The position numbers and the translations under genes are program-made. Of a stretch of 64,000 nucleotides of DNA, positions 39,478 to 49,978 are shown one piece after another (the stretch's first letter is position 1; each line of letters begins with the position of its first letter). Source of the stretch: a bacterium (GTDB lineage Bacteria; Elusimicrobiota; Elusimicrobia; UBA1565; UBA9628). Location: NCBI GenBank assembly GCA_021810245.1, contig JAJZJF010000001.1, forward strand, positions 5,582 through 69,581, given 5' to 3'. The notes beneath the pieces are model-generated. The model worked only from the letters and a program-made list of their open reading frames with translations, was not told where the DNA came from and ran no database searches.

Positions 39478-42381
39478 ATGATCTCTTCAACCTTGGAACC
39501 AGAACCCGTCGCATCAGAAAACCAGATTCCGCCTGAAGACCTTTTCTCCAAGCGACATATCGGCCCATCCGATCAAGATATCGCCGAGATGTTGTCTTAT
39601 CTTCAAGTCACAAGTCTTGAAGAATTGATCGAACGCGCGGCGCCAAAAACTATATTATCGCGCAAGGCCGTGCGCTTATCTCAAGCCTTAAGCGAACGCC
39701 AAGCCCTTCAAAAATTAAAGGAGCTCGCCGGAAAAAACAAAATTTTTAAATCTTATATTGGGATGGGATATTACGATACCTTTACCCCCCCCGTAATCAA
39801 AAAAAACATTCTCGAAAACCCGGGCTGGTACACCGCCTATACCCCGTATCAAGCGGAAATCGCGCAAGGGCGTCTGGAAGCTCTTCTTAATTTTCAAACA
39901 ATGGTGGAAGACTTAACGGCTCTTCCGGTAGCCAATGCCTCTTTGCTCGATGAAGCCACCGCCGCCGCTGAAGCCATGCTTATGATGCGGAATTTATCGG
40001 AAAATAATTCCTCTCTTTTTTTGGTCTCAAATGATTGTTTCCCGCAAACCTTGGCGGTCGTCTCAACCCGCGCCAGGGCCTTGGGAATTCAAATTGAAAT
40101 AGCGTCTGAAGAGGCTTTTGATTTCTCAAAAAAGCCCTTCGGCATCCTCATTCAATATCCAACCAAGCGCGGCCTCGTCAAAAATTACGAGTCTCTATGC
40201 CAAAAAGCGCATGCGGCAGGCGCTTACGTCGCGGCCGCATGCGACCTCTTAAGCCTCACCTTGTTTAAAGCCCCGGGAGAATTCGGCGCCGATATCGCTT
40301 TAGGGTCCACGCAGAGATTTGGAATCCCCATGGGCGGCGGCGGGCCTCACGCCGCTTATTTAGCGACCAAGGATGAATTTAAGCGCCATATGCCAGGAAG
40401 AATTGTCGGGGTCTCAAAAGACTCTTCCGGAAAAACCGCTTTGAGACTTAGCCTCCAAACTAGAGAACAGCACATTCGTCGAGAAAAAGCGACCTCAAAT
40501 ATCTGCACTGCGCAAGTTCTCTTGGCTGTCGCCGCCGGAGCCTACGCGGTTTATCACGGTCCCAAGGGGCTTCGCCAAATAGCGGAGAGAATTCGTCAAC
40601 TCGCGCAATCTTTGGCGGAAGGCCTTCAAAATCTCGGCTTTGAGATCCAAAATAAATTCGCTATTTTTGACACCCTTTTTATATCTCTTTCCCCAGATGA
40701 AATAGGAAAACTCCGCACTGCCGCGGAAAAGCGGAAGATCAATTTCTGGTTTGAAAAAGAGGGAGTCGGAATTTCTCTGGGAGAAACGACCACGAAAAAA
40801 GACGTCTTGGAAATTCTCTCGGCGTTCGCTTCGGTCAAAGGAGCCGCCTCTCCCATAAATCTTTCCGCAGCAAGCGCTCCAATGGATGAATCGCTCAAAA
40901 GAAAAAGCGCTTACCTCGCCCATCCGGTTTTTAACTCCTATCGCTCAGAGACCGAAATGATGCGTTATCTCAAGCGCCTTGAGAATCGCGATCTATCTTT
41001 AGTCCATTCGATGATCTCTCTAGGTTCCTGCACGATGAAGCTCAACGCCGCCTCCGAAATGGAAGCCATGACCTGGCCGGAATTTGCCCAGATTCATCCA
41101 TATGCGCCTCAAACGCAAACCCGCGGGTATCAGGCCTTGATCAAGGATTTGGAAAGGAGGCTTTGCGCCATAACCGGCTTTGACGCTTTTTCCTTTCAAC
41201 CGAACGCGGGTTCTCAAGGAGAGTATGCCGGGCTCTTGGCGATCAAAAGATATCATGAGAATCGCGGCGAAAGACAAAGAAGCGTGTGTCTGATTCCCGC
41301 TTCCGCCCACGGCACCAATCCCGCTTCCGCGGCTCTGGCGGGGCTTTCAGTCGTCGTGGTTTCGACCACCGAAAATGGAGACATCGATGTCGCGGATTTA
41401 AAATCAAAAGCGGGAGAATTTAAAGAACGCCTCGCCGCTTTGATGGTCACCTATCCCTCGACCCATGGGGTCTTTGAAGCTCAAATACGGGAAATCTGCT
41501 CTATCATCCATAGAAACGGCGGCCTGGTTTATTTAGACGGAGCCAATATGAACGCCTTGGTAGGCCTGGGAAAACCCGCGGAATTGGGAGCGGATGTGTG
41601 TCATCTCAATCTCCATAAAACCTTCGCCATTCCGCATGGCGGGGGAGGTCCGGGGATGGGGCCAATTGGCGTCACAAAAACCCTTAAGCCCTATCTTCCG
41701 GGAAACCCGCTCGATGGAGAAAATAGCTATGCCGTCTCTTCCGCGCCTTGGGGATCTGCCTCGATTTTGACTATTTCCTGGGCCTATATCGCCCAGATGG
41801 GTTCTGAGGGACTTCTCAAGGCAACCCAGGTAGCCATACTCAACGCCAATTACCTCGCGAAAAAATTAGAGACCGCCTACCCGGTTCTCTTCAAAGGTCC
41901 GGGCGGTTGGTCCGCCCATGAGTGCATCATCGAACTGAGGCCCCTTAAAAATTCGGCGGAAGTGACCGCTGAAGACATCGCCAAACGCCTGATGGATTAC
42001 GGATTTCACGCCCCCACCGTTTCTTTTCCCGTGTCGGGAACGATGATGATTGAGCCGACTGAATCGGAATCAAAAGCTGAGATCGACCGTTTCTGTAACG
42101 CAATGATTTCTATTCGTTCAGAAATTCGCGAAATTGAGGAAGGTAGCGCCGATAAAGTCAACAATCTCCTTAAAAACGCGCCGCATACCCTGGAACAGGT
42201 TTGTTCAGACCGTTGGGATAAGCCATATGGGCGGGAAAAAGCCGCTTTCCCCTTGCAGGGCATGAAAGACCGCAAGTTTTGGCCCGCGGTGTCCCGCATC
42301 GACAACGCCTGGGGCGATCGCAACTTCTTCTGCTCCTGCCCGCCGTGGGGAAATGAAGGAGTTATCCCATCGAAACAATAG
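39478..42381 (+). CDS. gcvP: Glycine dehydrogenase (single-chain P protein)
   Basis: [34 protein letters not shown]. Confidence 0.96.
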   Translation: MISSTLEPEPVASENQIPPEDLFSKRHIGPSDQDIAEMLSYLQVTSLEELIERAAPKTILSRKAVRLSQALSERQALQKLKELAGKNKIFKSYIGMGYYDTFTPPVIKKNILENPGWYTAYTPYQAEIAQGRLEALLNFQTMVEDLTALPVANASLLDEATAAAEAMLMMRNLSENNSSLFLVSNDCFPQTLAVVSTRARALGIQIEIASEEAFDFSKKPFGILIQYPTKRGLVKNYESLCQKAHAAGAYVAAACDLLSLTLFKAPGEFGADIALGSTQRFGIPMGGGGPHAAYLATKDEFKRHMPGRIVGVSKDSSGKTALRLSLQTREQHIRREKATSNICTAQVLLAVAAGAYAVYHGPKGLRQIAERIRQLAQSLAEGLQNLGFEIQNKFAIFDTLFISLSPDEIGKLRTAAEKRKINFWFEKEGVGISLGETTTKKDVLEILSAFASVKGAASPINLSAASAPMDESLKRKSAYLAHPVFNSYRSETEMMRYLKRLENRDLSLVHSMISLGSCTMKLNAASEMEAMTWPEFAQIHPYAPQTQTRGYQALIKDLERRLCAITGFDAFSFQPNAGSQGEYAGLLAIKRYHENRGERQRSVCLIPASAHGTNPASAALAGLSVVVVSTTENGDIDVADLKSKAGEFKERLAALMVTYPSTHGVFEAQIREICSIIHRNGGLVYLDGANMNALVGLGKPAELGADVCHLNLHKTFAIPHGGGGPGMGPIGVTKTLKPYLPGNPLDGENSYAVSSAPWGSASILTISWAYIAQMGSEGLLKATQVAILNANYLAKKLETAYPVLFKGPGGWSAHECIIELRPLKNSAEVTAEDIAKRLMDYGFHAPTVSFPVSGTMMIEPTESESKAEIDRFCNAMISIRSEIREIEEGSADKVNNLLKNAPHTLEQVCSDRWDKPYGREKAAFPLQGMKDRKFWPAVSRIDNAWGDRNFFCSCPPWGNEGVIPSKQ

Positions 42382-42410
42382 CCAAAGCTACTTTAGACGT
42401 TTATTCCCAA

Positions 42411-43052
42411 ATGGCTTTAGACGAGGCGTCGCTTCTTTTTTCACCCGAGAATGTGGTGACATTGCGGTTTTACTCTTGGGCGGAACCCTCCGCGACCTTC
42501 GGACGGCATCAGTCTTTTCAATTCGTCGAAAGAGAACTTAAAAAAGAGGGAAAACCAGCCCTTCCCTGCGCGAGAAGAATCACCGGAGGAGGACTGGTCT
42601 TTCACGGGGAAGACCTGACGTTTTCCATAACTTTCCCCTGGGGAGAGCCTGTGACTCCAAATGAAATCTACCAAAGTCTTCACAATCTTATCGGCGAAGA
42701 ATTGCGCCAAGAGGGGATTTCTCTCAATTTAAAATCTGAGCCCTCCGCAATCACCGGGCTTAATAAAATTTGTTTTTCCGTCCCCGAAAAATCTGACATT
42801 ACCACTCCCCATGGGGACAAAATTCTAGGCGGAGCGCTGTGCCGAAAAAACAAGCGCGGGCTTTATCAAGGTTCGCTAAAAACATCTCTTATTTCTCTTT
42901 CACTTTCCCGAATCAAACAGGCGATATTTCGCGGCGTTTGCGTCTTTGGAAGGCAAAAACCAAAAGAGGATATCCATTTTCTTGAGCATTCACAAACAGC
43001 TCTTCTCGTCGAAAAATACCGCTCTCAAAACTGGCGCCTCCGCGTCCCTTGA
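42411..43052 (+). CDS. Lipoate-protein ligase / octanoyltransferase family protein
   Basis: MALDE, LRFYSW, RRITGGG.V.H, KILGGA; follows gcvP. Confidence 0.8.
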   Translation: MALDEASLLFSPENVVTLRFYSWAEPSATFGRHQSFQFVERELKKEGKPALPCARRITGGGLVFHGEDLTFSITFPWGEPVTPNEIYQSLHNLIGEELRQEGISLNLKSEPSAITGLNKICFSVPEKSDITTPHGDKILGGALCRKNKRGLYQGSLKTSLISLSLSRIKQAIFRGVCVFGRQKPKEDIHFLEHSQTALLVEKYRSQNWRLRVP

Positions 43053-43087
43053 ATAAAGTTGAAAATATGTGCTATGATAATAACGTT

Positions 43088-43393
43088 ATGTACGCGGTCA
43101 TAGAAACAGGCGGTAAGCAATATAAGGTTGAACCTGGAGAGGTTATCCGGGTTGAGAAGCTCGATTTAGCTTCCGGAAGCGAGATTAAATGGAAAGCCCT
43201 TTGGGCTTCTAAGGGCGAAGATTCGCCTTCAACGGGAATTCCCAAGGCGACAGTGACAGCCGAGGTTGTTTCCCAAAAGAAAGCCCCCAAGATTTTAGTT
43301 TTCCGAAAGAAAACGAAAAAGGCTTACAAAAAAATGCATGGACATCGCCAGTCCCTGACCGAAGTTAAAATTAAGGATATTTCTTTCAACTGA
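43088..43393 (+). CDS. rplU: 50S ribosomal protein L21
   Basis: [14 protein letters not shown]...GHRQ. Confidence 0.96.
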   Translation: MYAVIETGGKQYKVEPGEVIRVEKLDLASGSEIKWKALWASKGEDSPSTGIPKATVTAEVVSQKKAPKILVFRKKTKKAYKKMHGHRQSLTEVKIKDISFN

Positions 43394-43394
43394 T

Positions 43395-43643
43395 ATGGCT
43401 CACACCAAAGCTCAAGGTTCATCCTCCAACGGTCGCGATTCAAACGGTCAACGCCTCGGCGTTAAGATCTACGGAGGCCAAAAAATCAAGGCGGGAATGA
43501 TCATCGTCAGGCAGCGCGGGACAAAATTTTTGCCGGGCGAAAACGTTGGGCGCGGCAAAGACGATACCTTGTTTGCCAAGGCTTCCGGCTCCGTCCAATT
43601 TGAGTGGGCATACAAAGACAAAAAGCGCGTCAGCGTCCGCTAA
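43395..43643 (+). CDS. rpmA: 50S ribosomal protein L27
   Basis: [24 protein letters not shown]. Confidence 0.97.
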   Translation: MAHTKAQGSSSNGRDSNGQRLGVKIYGGQKIKAGMIIVRQRGTKFLPGENVGRGKDDTLFAKASGSVQFEWAYKDKKRVSVR

Positions 43644-43673
43644 AGTTTTTTCGCCTCCTCCTCTCTTCTTATC

Positions 43674-44993
43674 ATGAATTTCATTGATCGAGCTCGCTTT
43701 TTTCTTGAAGGTGGCCGCGGTGGAGATGGCTGCCTTGCTTTCCGAAGGGAAAAATACGTCGCATATGGCGGCCCGATTGGGGGCGATGGCGGCAACGGCG
43801 GCGACATCATTCTTAAAGCGAGTTTACGCTTAACCACCCTCTTTGACTTATCCCGACAGACCCATATTTATGGAAATCCTGGAGGGCACGGAAAAGGAAG
43901 CAACAAAGCGGGAAAAGACGGCGAGCCAATCACCATTGAAGTTCCCGTCGGCACCCTAGTTTACAAAGACAATATCTTGGTCGCCGATCTTAATTTGCCG
44001 GACAAAACCTATCTCGCGGCCAAAGGCGGAAGAGGCGGAAGAGGAAATCTTTCTTTTAAAACCCAATGGATGACCGCCCCACGAATCCGCGAAAGAGGGG
44101 CCCCCGGCGAATCGGCTCATTTTGAACTAGAGCTTAAGCTCTTGGCCGATGTGGGCTTGGTTGGTTTTCCTAATGCCGGAAAATCAAGTCTTCTTGCTCA
44201 TTTATCCAAAGCCAGGCCCAAGATTGCGGACTATCCATTTACGACTCTTTCCCCCAACCTGGGAGTGGTCGTTCACAAAGGAGTCTCTTTTGTTTTGGCC
44301 GATATCCCAGGCCTCATTGAAGGAGCCCATGAAGGCAAGGGCTTGGGCTTTGATTTTTTAAGGCATATTGAGAGAACGCGAGTTCTCATTCATCTCGTTG
44401 ACCCCCAAGGCTTTGAGCCGTATTCCCCCGCTGAAGGAATCACCTTGATTGAAAAAGAACTAAACTCTTACTCCGCAAGCCTCAAGAAAAAGCCCCGCCT
44501 TTTAGCGGTCAACAAAATGGACCTCCCACAATCCGCGGAAGTTTTCAAGAAATTAAAAAAGAGATTTTCCAAACGCGAGATTTTTCCGATCTCAGCGGCG
44601 ACAGGAGAAGGTCTTAAGCCCTTGCTCGATTCCCTGATCAAGATTCTCTCAAAAACCCCGCCACCGATGTTTAAAACAACAGAGGAATCGGAAGCGAGAT
44701 TAGAAATACAAAAAGGCTTTGAAATCGAACCCCTGGGAAACGGCATTTTTAATCTCAAAGGCGCCTCCATTGAACGCGCTGCGGCCATGTTGGACTTTGA
44801 ACTGCCGGAAGCCGTAATGAGATTTCAAGCAATGCTCAAGAGAATTGGGGTTGACCGCGCTCTTAGAGCCGCCCATGTCCGCGATGGAAATGAAATCCGC
44901 TGCGGAAAGGTTTCTTTTGAATGGAGCGGCGAAACGCCCAAGCCCCTTCCCAAACTTTCGCGCGATCGCCCAACCAAACTAGGAATTTATTGA
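43674..44993 (+). CDS. obgE: GTPase ObgE/CgtA
   Basis: Gly-rich N-terminus, GFPNAGKS, DYPFTT, DIPG, NKMD. Confidence 0.96.
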   Translation: MNFIDRARFFLEGGRGGDGCLAFRREKYVAYGGPIGGDGGNGGDIILKASLRLTTLFDLSRQTHIYGNPGGHGKGSNKAGKDGEPITIEVPVGTLVYKDNILVADLNLPDKTYLAAKGGRGGRGNLSFKTQWMTAPRIRERGAPGESAHFELELKLLADVGLVGFPNAGKSSLLAHLSKARPKIADYPFTTLSPNLGVVVHKGVSFVLADIPGLIEGAHEGKGLGFDFLRHIERTRVLIHLVDPQGFEPYSPAEGITLIEKELNSYSASLKKKPRLLAVNKMDLPQSAEVFKKLKKRFSKREIFPISAATGEGLKPLLDSLIKILSKTPPPMFKTTEESEARLEIQKGFEIEPLGNGIFNLKGASIERAAAMLDFELPEAVMRFQAMLKRIGVDRALRAAHVRDGNEIRCGKVSFEWSGETPKPLPKLSRDRPTKLGIY

Positions 44994-45877
44994 TGGCAGA
45001 AACCCTCAAAGCCTATCAGGCTCGGCAAGAAAATCCACAAGACATCGCGGCGGCCTATTTGTTTTGCTTAAATCTGGCGAGTTCGCATTATGAAAATTTT
45101 CCCGTCGCTTCGAGTTTTATCTTTCCAAAACTCAGAAAACACGTCGCTTGTCTCTACAGCTTTGCCCGCATAGCCGATGACTTTTCAGACGAGCCGGAAT
45201 ATGAGGGCGTTCGGCGCGAAAGGCTTTTAGAATGGCGCGAAAATCTAAACAACATCAATCTCAAAACTCCCACCCATCCCGTTTTTATCGCCCTCAAAGA
45301 CACTTTAAAAACCCTCAATCTCCCCCTCCAGCCCTTTGACGATTTGTTGGACGCTTTTTTGCAAGACACCGTCAAAAACCGTTATCAAAATTTTGATGAG
45401 GTCTTGGATTACTGCCGGCGTTCGGCCAACCCCGTAGGCCGGATCGTTCTCATGATTCATGGCTATGACCAAGAAGAGCTCTTTAAACTCTCCGACTCAA
45501 TCTGCACCGGTCTTCAATTGGCCAATTTCTGGCAAGATATCTCGGTCGATCTAAAAAAAGAGCGCATCTATATCCCGCAGGAAGATTTCGCCCGATTTTC
45601 CTACTCGGAAGCGGATTTAAGAATGGGAGTCGTCAATGAACGGTTCCGCAATCTAATGAAATTTGAAGTCGCGAGAGTCTGTCAAATATTTGAAGAAGGA
45701 AAAACTCTTCCTAAAAAACTTTCCTGGCCCCTGTCCTGGGAAATTCGCCTAACAGAATTAGGCGGGCGCCAAATTCTTCGCAAAATCAGAAAGCAAAATT
45801 ATGACACCCTCCACTCTCGTCCCGTTTTAACCAAGTGGGAATGGATTCCGCTTATTTTGCGCGCCGTTTTAAAATGA
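44993..45877 (+). CDS. hpnC: Squalene synthesis protein HpnC
   Basis: HYENFPVAS, FARIADD, YCRRSANPVGR, LQLANFWQD. Confidence 0.9.
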   Translation: MAETLKAYQARQENPQDIAAAYLFCLNLASSHYENFPVASSFIFPKLRKHVACLYSFARIADDFSDEPEYEGVRRERLLEWRENLNNINLKTPTHPVFIALKDTLKTLNLPLQPFDDLLDAFLQDTVKNRYQNFDEVLDYCRRSANPVGRIVLMIHGYDQEELFKLSDSICTGLQLANFWQDISVDLKKERIYIPQEDFARFSYSEADLRMGVVNERFRNLMKFEVARVCQIFEEGKTLPKKLSWPLSWEIRLTELGGRQILRKIRKQNYDTLHSRPVLTKWEWIPLILRAVLK

Positions 45878-46734
45878 CTCCCGCAAGTTCGCCCGCAGAA
45901 ACGCTTCCTCAATCCGAAAAAAGCTCGAATTTCTTTTTAGGCTTTCTTTTTCTTTCTCCAGTTCAGCGCCAGGCTTTGTCTGCCGTCTACGCCTATTGCC
46001 GCCTCATCGATGACTTAGTTGATGACACCCAAAAAACCGAAAAAGAAGCCAGAGAAGGGCTGGATTTTTGGCGAAATGAGATAGAGAAAATTTTTCAAGG
46101 CCAAGGAACCCACCCGGTGTCCCGCGAAATTGAAAAGGCCCTTAAACATTTTCCCCTCTCCAAGGAAGCTTTTTTTGAAATGATCCGGGGATGTGAAATG
46201 GATCTAAACAAGACCCATTATCAAACTTTTTCTGATCTAGAACCTTATCTGAGAGGGGTCGCGGTTTCGGTAGGGCAGCTTTCGGTCGAAATTTTCGGCT
46301 ATCAACACACAACCCGTGATAAAATGAGGGAGTTTGTAGATTCTTTCGGCTACGCCTTTCAGATGACCAATATTCTAAGGGATGTCGGAGATGACTTAAG
46401 CCTCGGACGCATCTATATTCCCGAAAGCGAAATGGAAAAAGCGGGATACACCCGAGCGGAACTCTTAAAGCGAGAACACAATTTAGCCTTTGAACGCCTG
46501 ATGCAAGGACTCTGGCAAAAAACAAAAGGATTTTACCGGCAGGGAAGAGTCGCCCTTGACTTTAGAGATCGCCCCGCGCTACTCCCGGCTGAAATTATGG
46601 CTCATGTCTATGAAGGGATTTTAGATGAAATTAAAAGAAAGGATTTCCGAGTTTTTTTCTCCAAGACTACTCTCTCTCCGCTAAAAAAACTCCGATTGGC
46701 GTTGAAGGCTTGGCTCTATTGCCATGGATTTTGA
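45874..46734 (+). CDS. hpnD: Presqualene diphosphate synthase HpnD
   Basis: SSNF, YAYCR.IDDLVDD, QMTNILRDV.DD...GRIYIP. Confidence 0.88.
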   Translation: MTPASSPAETLPQSEKSSNFFLGFLFLSPVQRQALSAVYAYCRLIDDLVDDTQKTEKEAREGLDFWRNEIEKIFQGQGTHPVSREIEKALKHFPLSKEAFFEMIRGCEMDLNKTHYQTFSDLEPYLRGVAVSVGQLSVEIFGYQHTTRDKMREFVDSFGYAFQMTNILRDVGDDLSLGRIYIPESEMEKAGYTRAELLKREHNLAFERLMQGLWQKTKGFYRQGRVALDFRDRPALLPAEIMAHVYEGILDEIKRKDFRVFFSKTTLSPLKKLRLALKAWLYCHGF

Positions 46735-48058
46735 CGTCCTAGTCGTTGGAGGAGGCTTTGCCGGCCTTTCCGCCGCGACGGCCTTATCCGAGCAAGGCAA
46801 AAAAGTTTTGCTCCTTGAAAAAAAGCCCCACCTTGGGGGAAGGGCTTATTCTTTTATCGATTCTAAGACTGGACACGAAATTGACAACGGACAGCACCTG
46901 TTTATCGGAGCTTATGCCGAGACCAGACAATTTCTCGCCCGCATCGGTTCAAGCCCGCTTTTGCGCTTTGAGGAAAAGATCAATCTCCATTTTAAAGATT
47001 CCTCCGGAAAAAGCGACCATCTCTCGGCCCCTTCTCTATTTTCCGCCCCGATTGATTTTGCCTGGGGAGTGTTCAATCTCAAAGGTCTTTCCCTTAAAGA
47101 AAAAATTTCGGCGGGAAAAGTATTTCAAGAAATCAAAAAATTTAAAGTTAACCCCGATTATTCGGGGAAAATTGAACGCCTGACTGTGCGTCAATGGCTT
47201 GAATCGCTAGGCCAAAGCTTATCCATCCAAAAAAGATTATGGGAGCCTCTCGCAATCGGAATTCTCAATGAAAACGCCCAGACGGCCTCGGCCTTGGGGC
47301 TTGCACAGGCCTTGGAAAAAATCTTAAGCGGGACCCCTAAAAATGCCTCCAGGCTTGGCTACTCCCAGGTTGGATTAAGTTCGCTTTACGCCAAACAAGC
47401 GGAAAATTATATTCAGAAGCGCCAAGGTTTAGTTCTCTATTCTTCAAAGATTAGTTCGATTATCTACCAAGACGGACGCGCCTGCGGGGTAGTTTGCGAT
47501 GATGGGCGCACATTTCAGGGGCTCCATATTTTACTGACGCTTCCGCCCTGGGATCTCAAGCGCCTCAATGTTCCCGATTACCTCAAAACCGGACTTGAGT
47601 CGTTTGCGACTTCTCCGATTATCGGGCTTTCCTTATGGTTGGACAGGCCGATTACTCCCAATCAAGCCACCGGGCTCATCAATACTCAATTTCATTGGGC
47701 GTTCAATAAAAACCTCATTTGGAGCCTTCCCGGAAAAACCCAATATCTGGCCTTGGTCATCAGCGCCGCCCACGCTGAACTCAAAAAAGAGCCGCAAGAA
47801 ATTTTCGAAATCGCAAAAAAAGAGCTCACGGTTTTTCCCGAATTTAAAAAAGCTAAAATTATCCATTGGAGGCTGATCAAGGAGCCTTTCGCGACGCCTT
47901 CTCCGAAACCCGGCTTAGAAGAAATGCGGCCGTTTCCCGGAGAGGTTTCGCCCGGGCTGATAATCGCTGGCGACTGGACCCGAACAGGCCTTCCAGCCAC
48001 CATTGAGAGCGCGGTCTTAAGCGGACACAAAGCCGCCCAAATCGCGTTAAGAAGTTAA
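46724..48058 (+). CDS. hpnE: Hydroxysqualene dehydroxylase HpnE
   Basis: GGGFAGL FAD motif, GGRAYSF, DNGQH, GDWT.TGLPATIESAV.SG. Confidence 0.88.
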   Translation: MDFDVLVVGGGFAGLSAATALSEQGKKVLLLEKKPHLGGRAYSFIDSKTGHEIDNGQHLFIGAYAETRQFLARIGSSPLLRFEEKINLHFKDSSGKSDHLSAPSLFSAPIDFAWGVFNLKGLSLKEKISAGKVFQEIKKFKVNPDYSGKIERLTVRQWLESLGQSLSIQKRLWEPLAIGILNENAQTASALGLAQALEKILSGTPKNASRLGYSQVGLSSLYAKQAENYIQKRQGLVLYSSKISSIIYQDGRACGVVCDDGRTFQGLHILLTLPPWDLKRLNVPDYLKTGLESFATSPIIGLSLWLDRPITPNQATGLINTQFHWAFNKNLIWSLPGKTQYLALVISAAHAELKKEPQEIFEIAKKELTVFPEFKKAKIIHWRLIKEPFATPSPKPGLEEMRPFPGEVSPGLIIAGDWTRTGLPATIESAVLSGHKAAQIALRS

Positions 48059-48078
48059 AATTTAAGGAGAATTAAATT

Positions 48079-48642
48079 ATGCTGAAATCGGACCGCTGGA
48101 TTAGGAAGATGTGCCTTGAGACAAAAATGATTGAGCCTTTTGTCGATAAGCAGCAGGGCGAAGGAAAAATATCCTACGGTCTTTCCTCCTACGGATACGA
48201 CATCCGCTTGGCCGATGAATATAAGATTTTTACCAATGTCTTTGGCGCCGTTGTCGATCCTAAGAACTTTGATCCGAAATCCTTTGTCGATTACAAAGGC
48301 CCGGACTGCATCGTGCCGCCTAATTCTTTTGCCTTGGCGCGCTCGGTTGAGCGCTTTAAAATTCCCAGAAACGTCCTGGCTATTTGCCTCGGGAAAAGCA
48401 CCTTTGCCCGCTGCGGAATCATCGTCAATGTCACTCCTCTTGAGCCGACCTGGGAGGGATATCTGACGATTGAAATATCAAACACGACTCCGCTTCCGGC
48501 CAAAGTGTATTCCGGAGAAGGCATCGCCCAGCTTTTATTTTTAGAGTCAGACGAGGTCTGCGAAACCAGCTATGCCGACAGAAAAGGCAAATATCAATCT
48601 CAGACGGGCGTGGTTGTCCCAAGGATTCTTTCAAAAGCCTAA
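48079..48642 (+). CDS. dcd: dCTP deaminase
   Basis: [26 protein letters not shown]. Confidence 0.95.
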   Translation: MLKSDRWIRKMCLETKMIEPFVDKQQGEGKISYGLSSYGYDIRLADEYKIFTNVFGAVVDPKNFDPKSFVDYKGPDCIVPPNSFALARSVERFKIPRNVLAICLGKSTFARCGIIVNVTPLEPTWEGYLTIEISNTTPLPAKVYSGEGIAQLLFLESDEVCETSYADRKGKYQSQTGVVVPRILSKA

Positions 48643-49216
48643 TCGGACTTTAAACGCCCTTCTCATTAGTTTTTTTCTAATCCCATTGGGATTGCTTTTT
48701 TCCCGTCGCTTAGTTTGCGCGGCGCCGCCTTCCAATAGTCAAGCCGCAACGCCTAGCGTCATTGAGGAATTAAAAAAAAGACAAATTATAGCCCCGGACG
48801 CCGAGGATTACACGGAAGAAGATTTAGAAACGCTCGTGCGGATGAAAAAGGCGGAATCTCTCGGAGGGATAGACTTTTTGTCTCGAAAACTGGGCAATAT
48901 TAAAGCTTTTACTTTTGAGGAACGGGGAAAAAGCGATTCTCCGGTTAAACTTAACAAAGCGGGTTTTGAAAAATACATTTTTTTCCTTTCTCAAAAAGCG
49001 ATCGCTTATTTTTCATTACATCATGTAAAACCCAAACGAGTCTTTAATCTCACCGACATCCAGGGCCGGAAAGTTTTTGATAAAGACGGGCTTTTAACTC
49101 TTCCCGGAGAGAATCTTTTCGATCAAATCCTGGAAAAACGCCGGGTTGAGTGGGAGCTTTCCGGCAAAATCATGGCCAATTACAAGATCAAAAAAAGCTC
49201 TTTACCCTCCCCATGA
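48572..49216 (+). CDS. Hypothetical exported protein
   Basis: ORF fills the gap and has a hydrophobic segment; true start probably downstream of the dcd stop. Confidence 0.5.
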   Translation: MPTEKANINLRRAWLSQGFFQKPNRTLNALLISFFLIPLGLLFSRRLVCAAPPSNSQAATPSVIEELKKRQIIAPDAEDYTEEDLETLVRMKKAESLGGIDFLSRKLGNIKAFTFEERGKSDSPVKLNKAGFEKYIFFLSQKAIAYFSLHHVKPKRVFNLTDIQGRKVFDKDGLLTLPGENLFDQILEKRRVEWELSGKIMANYKIKKSSLPSP

Positions 49217-49908
49217 TTCGAGAAGAAGTCGTCTTTTATTTAAAGTCCAACCTCGGGAAATTCCCATTTCCCGAACTCAAGGCGCAATTATTGTCGGAAG
49301 GCGTTTCAGAAGAAGAAATTAAAAGCGCCCTAAAAGCGGCCAAGCGCGCTCAAAGCCGCCAGCGCTTTGGGCGCTTCTTAATGATTCTAGGAGGAGTCGC
49401 CTTATTTTCTTCGCTTGTTTTTGTTTTTCTTAGGCCGACAAGGCCGCCCTTGGGAGTTCCGGTGACCAGACCCGTTTTCATCAGCCATTTTGGCTATACC
49501 CTTCATATCCCCGAGGGGTATGAAGCCATCATCGGCCAAAAAACAAAAAGGCGAGAAACCGTATTTTTCTGCCAAAAAGGGACCGATCCCAGCACCTTTT
49601 TAGACCGAAGCCTTTATGGGCAATTGGGAATTCTGCGGCTTAAGGTCTTACCCAATCCCTTTCCCAACGACTTGTCAGCTTTTAATAAACTCAGCCGCAT
49701 CATCGAATCCAAAGCCAGAACTAACGGCTCGCCCTTTCACTTGGAAGCTCTCAGCATCTCCAATATGCCGGGCTTAGAAGTGGATTTTGACGCTCCCGCC
49801 TCTAAAACCCTGACCTATGTTCTCGGCGCGAAAAATCTTTATATTTTTCTCACCGGTCCCAGCAATCCCAACGCGCCTATCATCATTAAAAGCTTGCGGG
49901 AAATATAA
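49213..49908 (+). CDS. Hypothetical single-TM membrane protein
   Basis: ATGA coupling to the previous ORF; one TM helix. Confidence 0.55.
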   Translation: MIREEVVFYLKSNLGKFPFPELKAQLLSEGVSEEEIKSALKAAKRAQSRQRFGRFLMILGGVALFSSLVFVFLRPTRPPLGVPVTRPVFISHFGYTLHIPEGYEAIIGQKTKRRETVFFCQKGTDPSTFLDRSLYGQLGILRLKVLPNPFPNDLSAFNKLSRIIESKARTNGSPFHLEALSISNMPGLEVDFDAPASKTLTYVLGAKNLYIFLTGPSNPNAPIIIKSLREI

Positions 49909-49978
49909 AAATCCCGCGAACTCCCGAACTTTCGCGCGATTGACGACGTAATAATTAATAGAGACGCTTTGACTGGAC

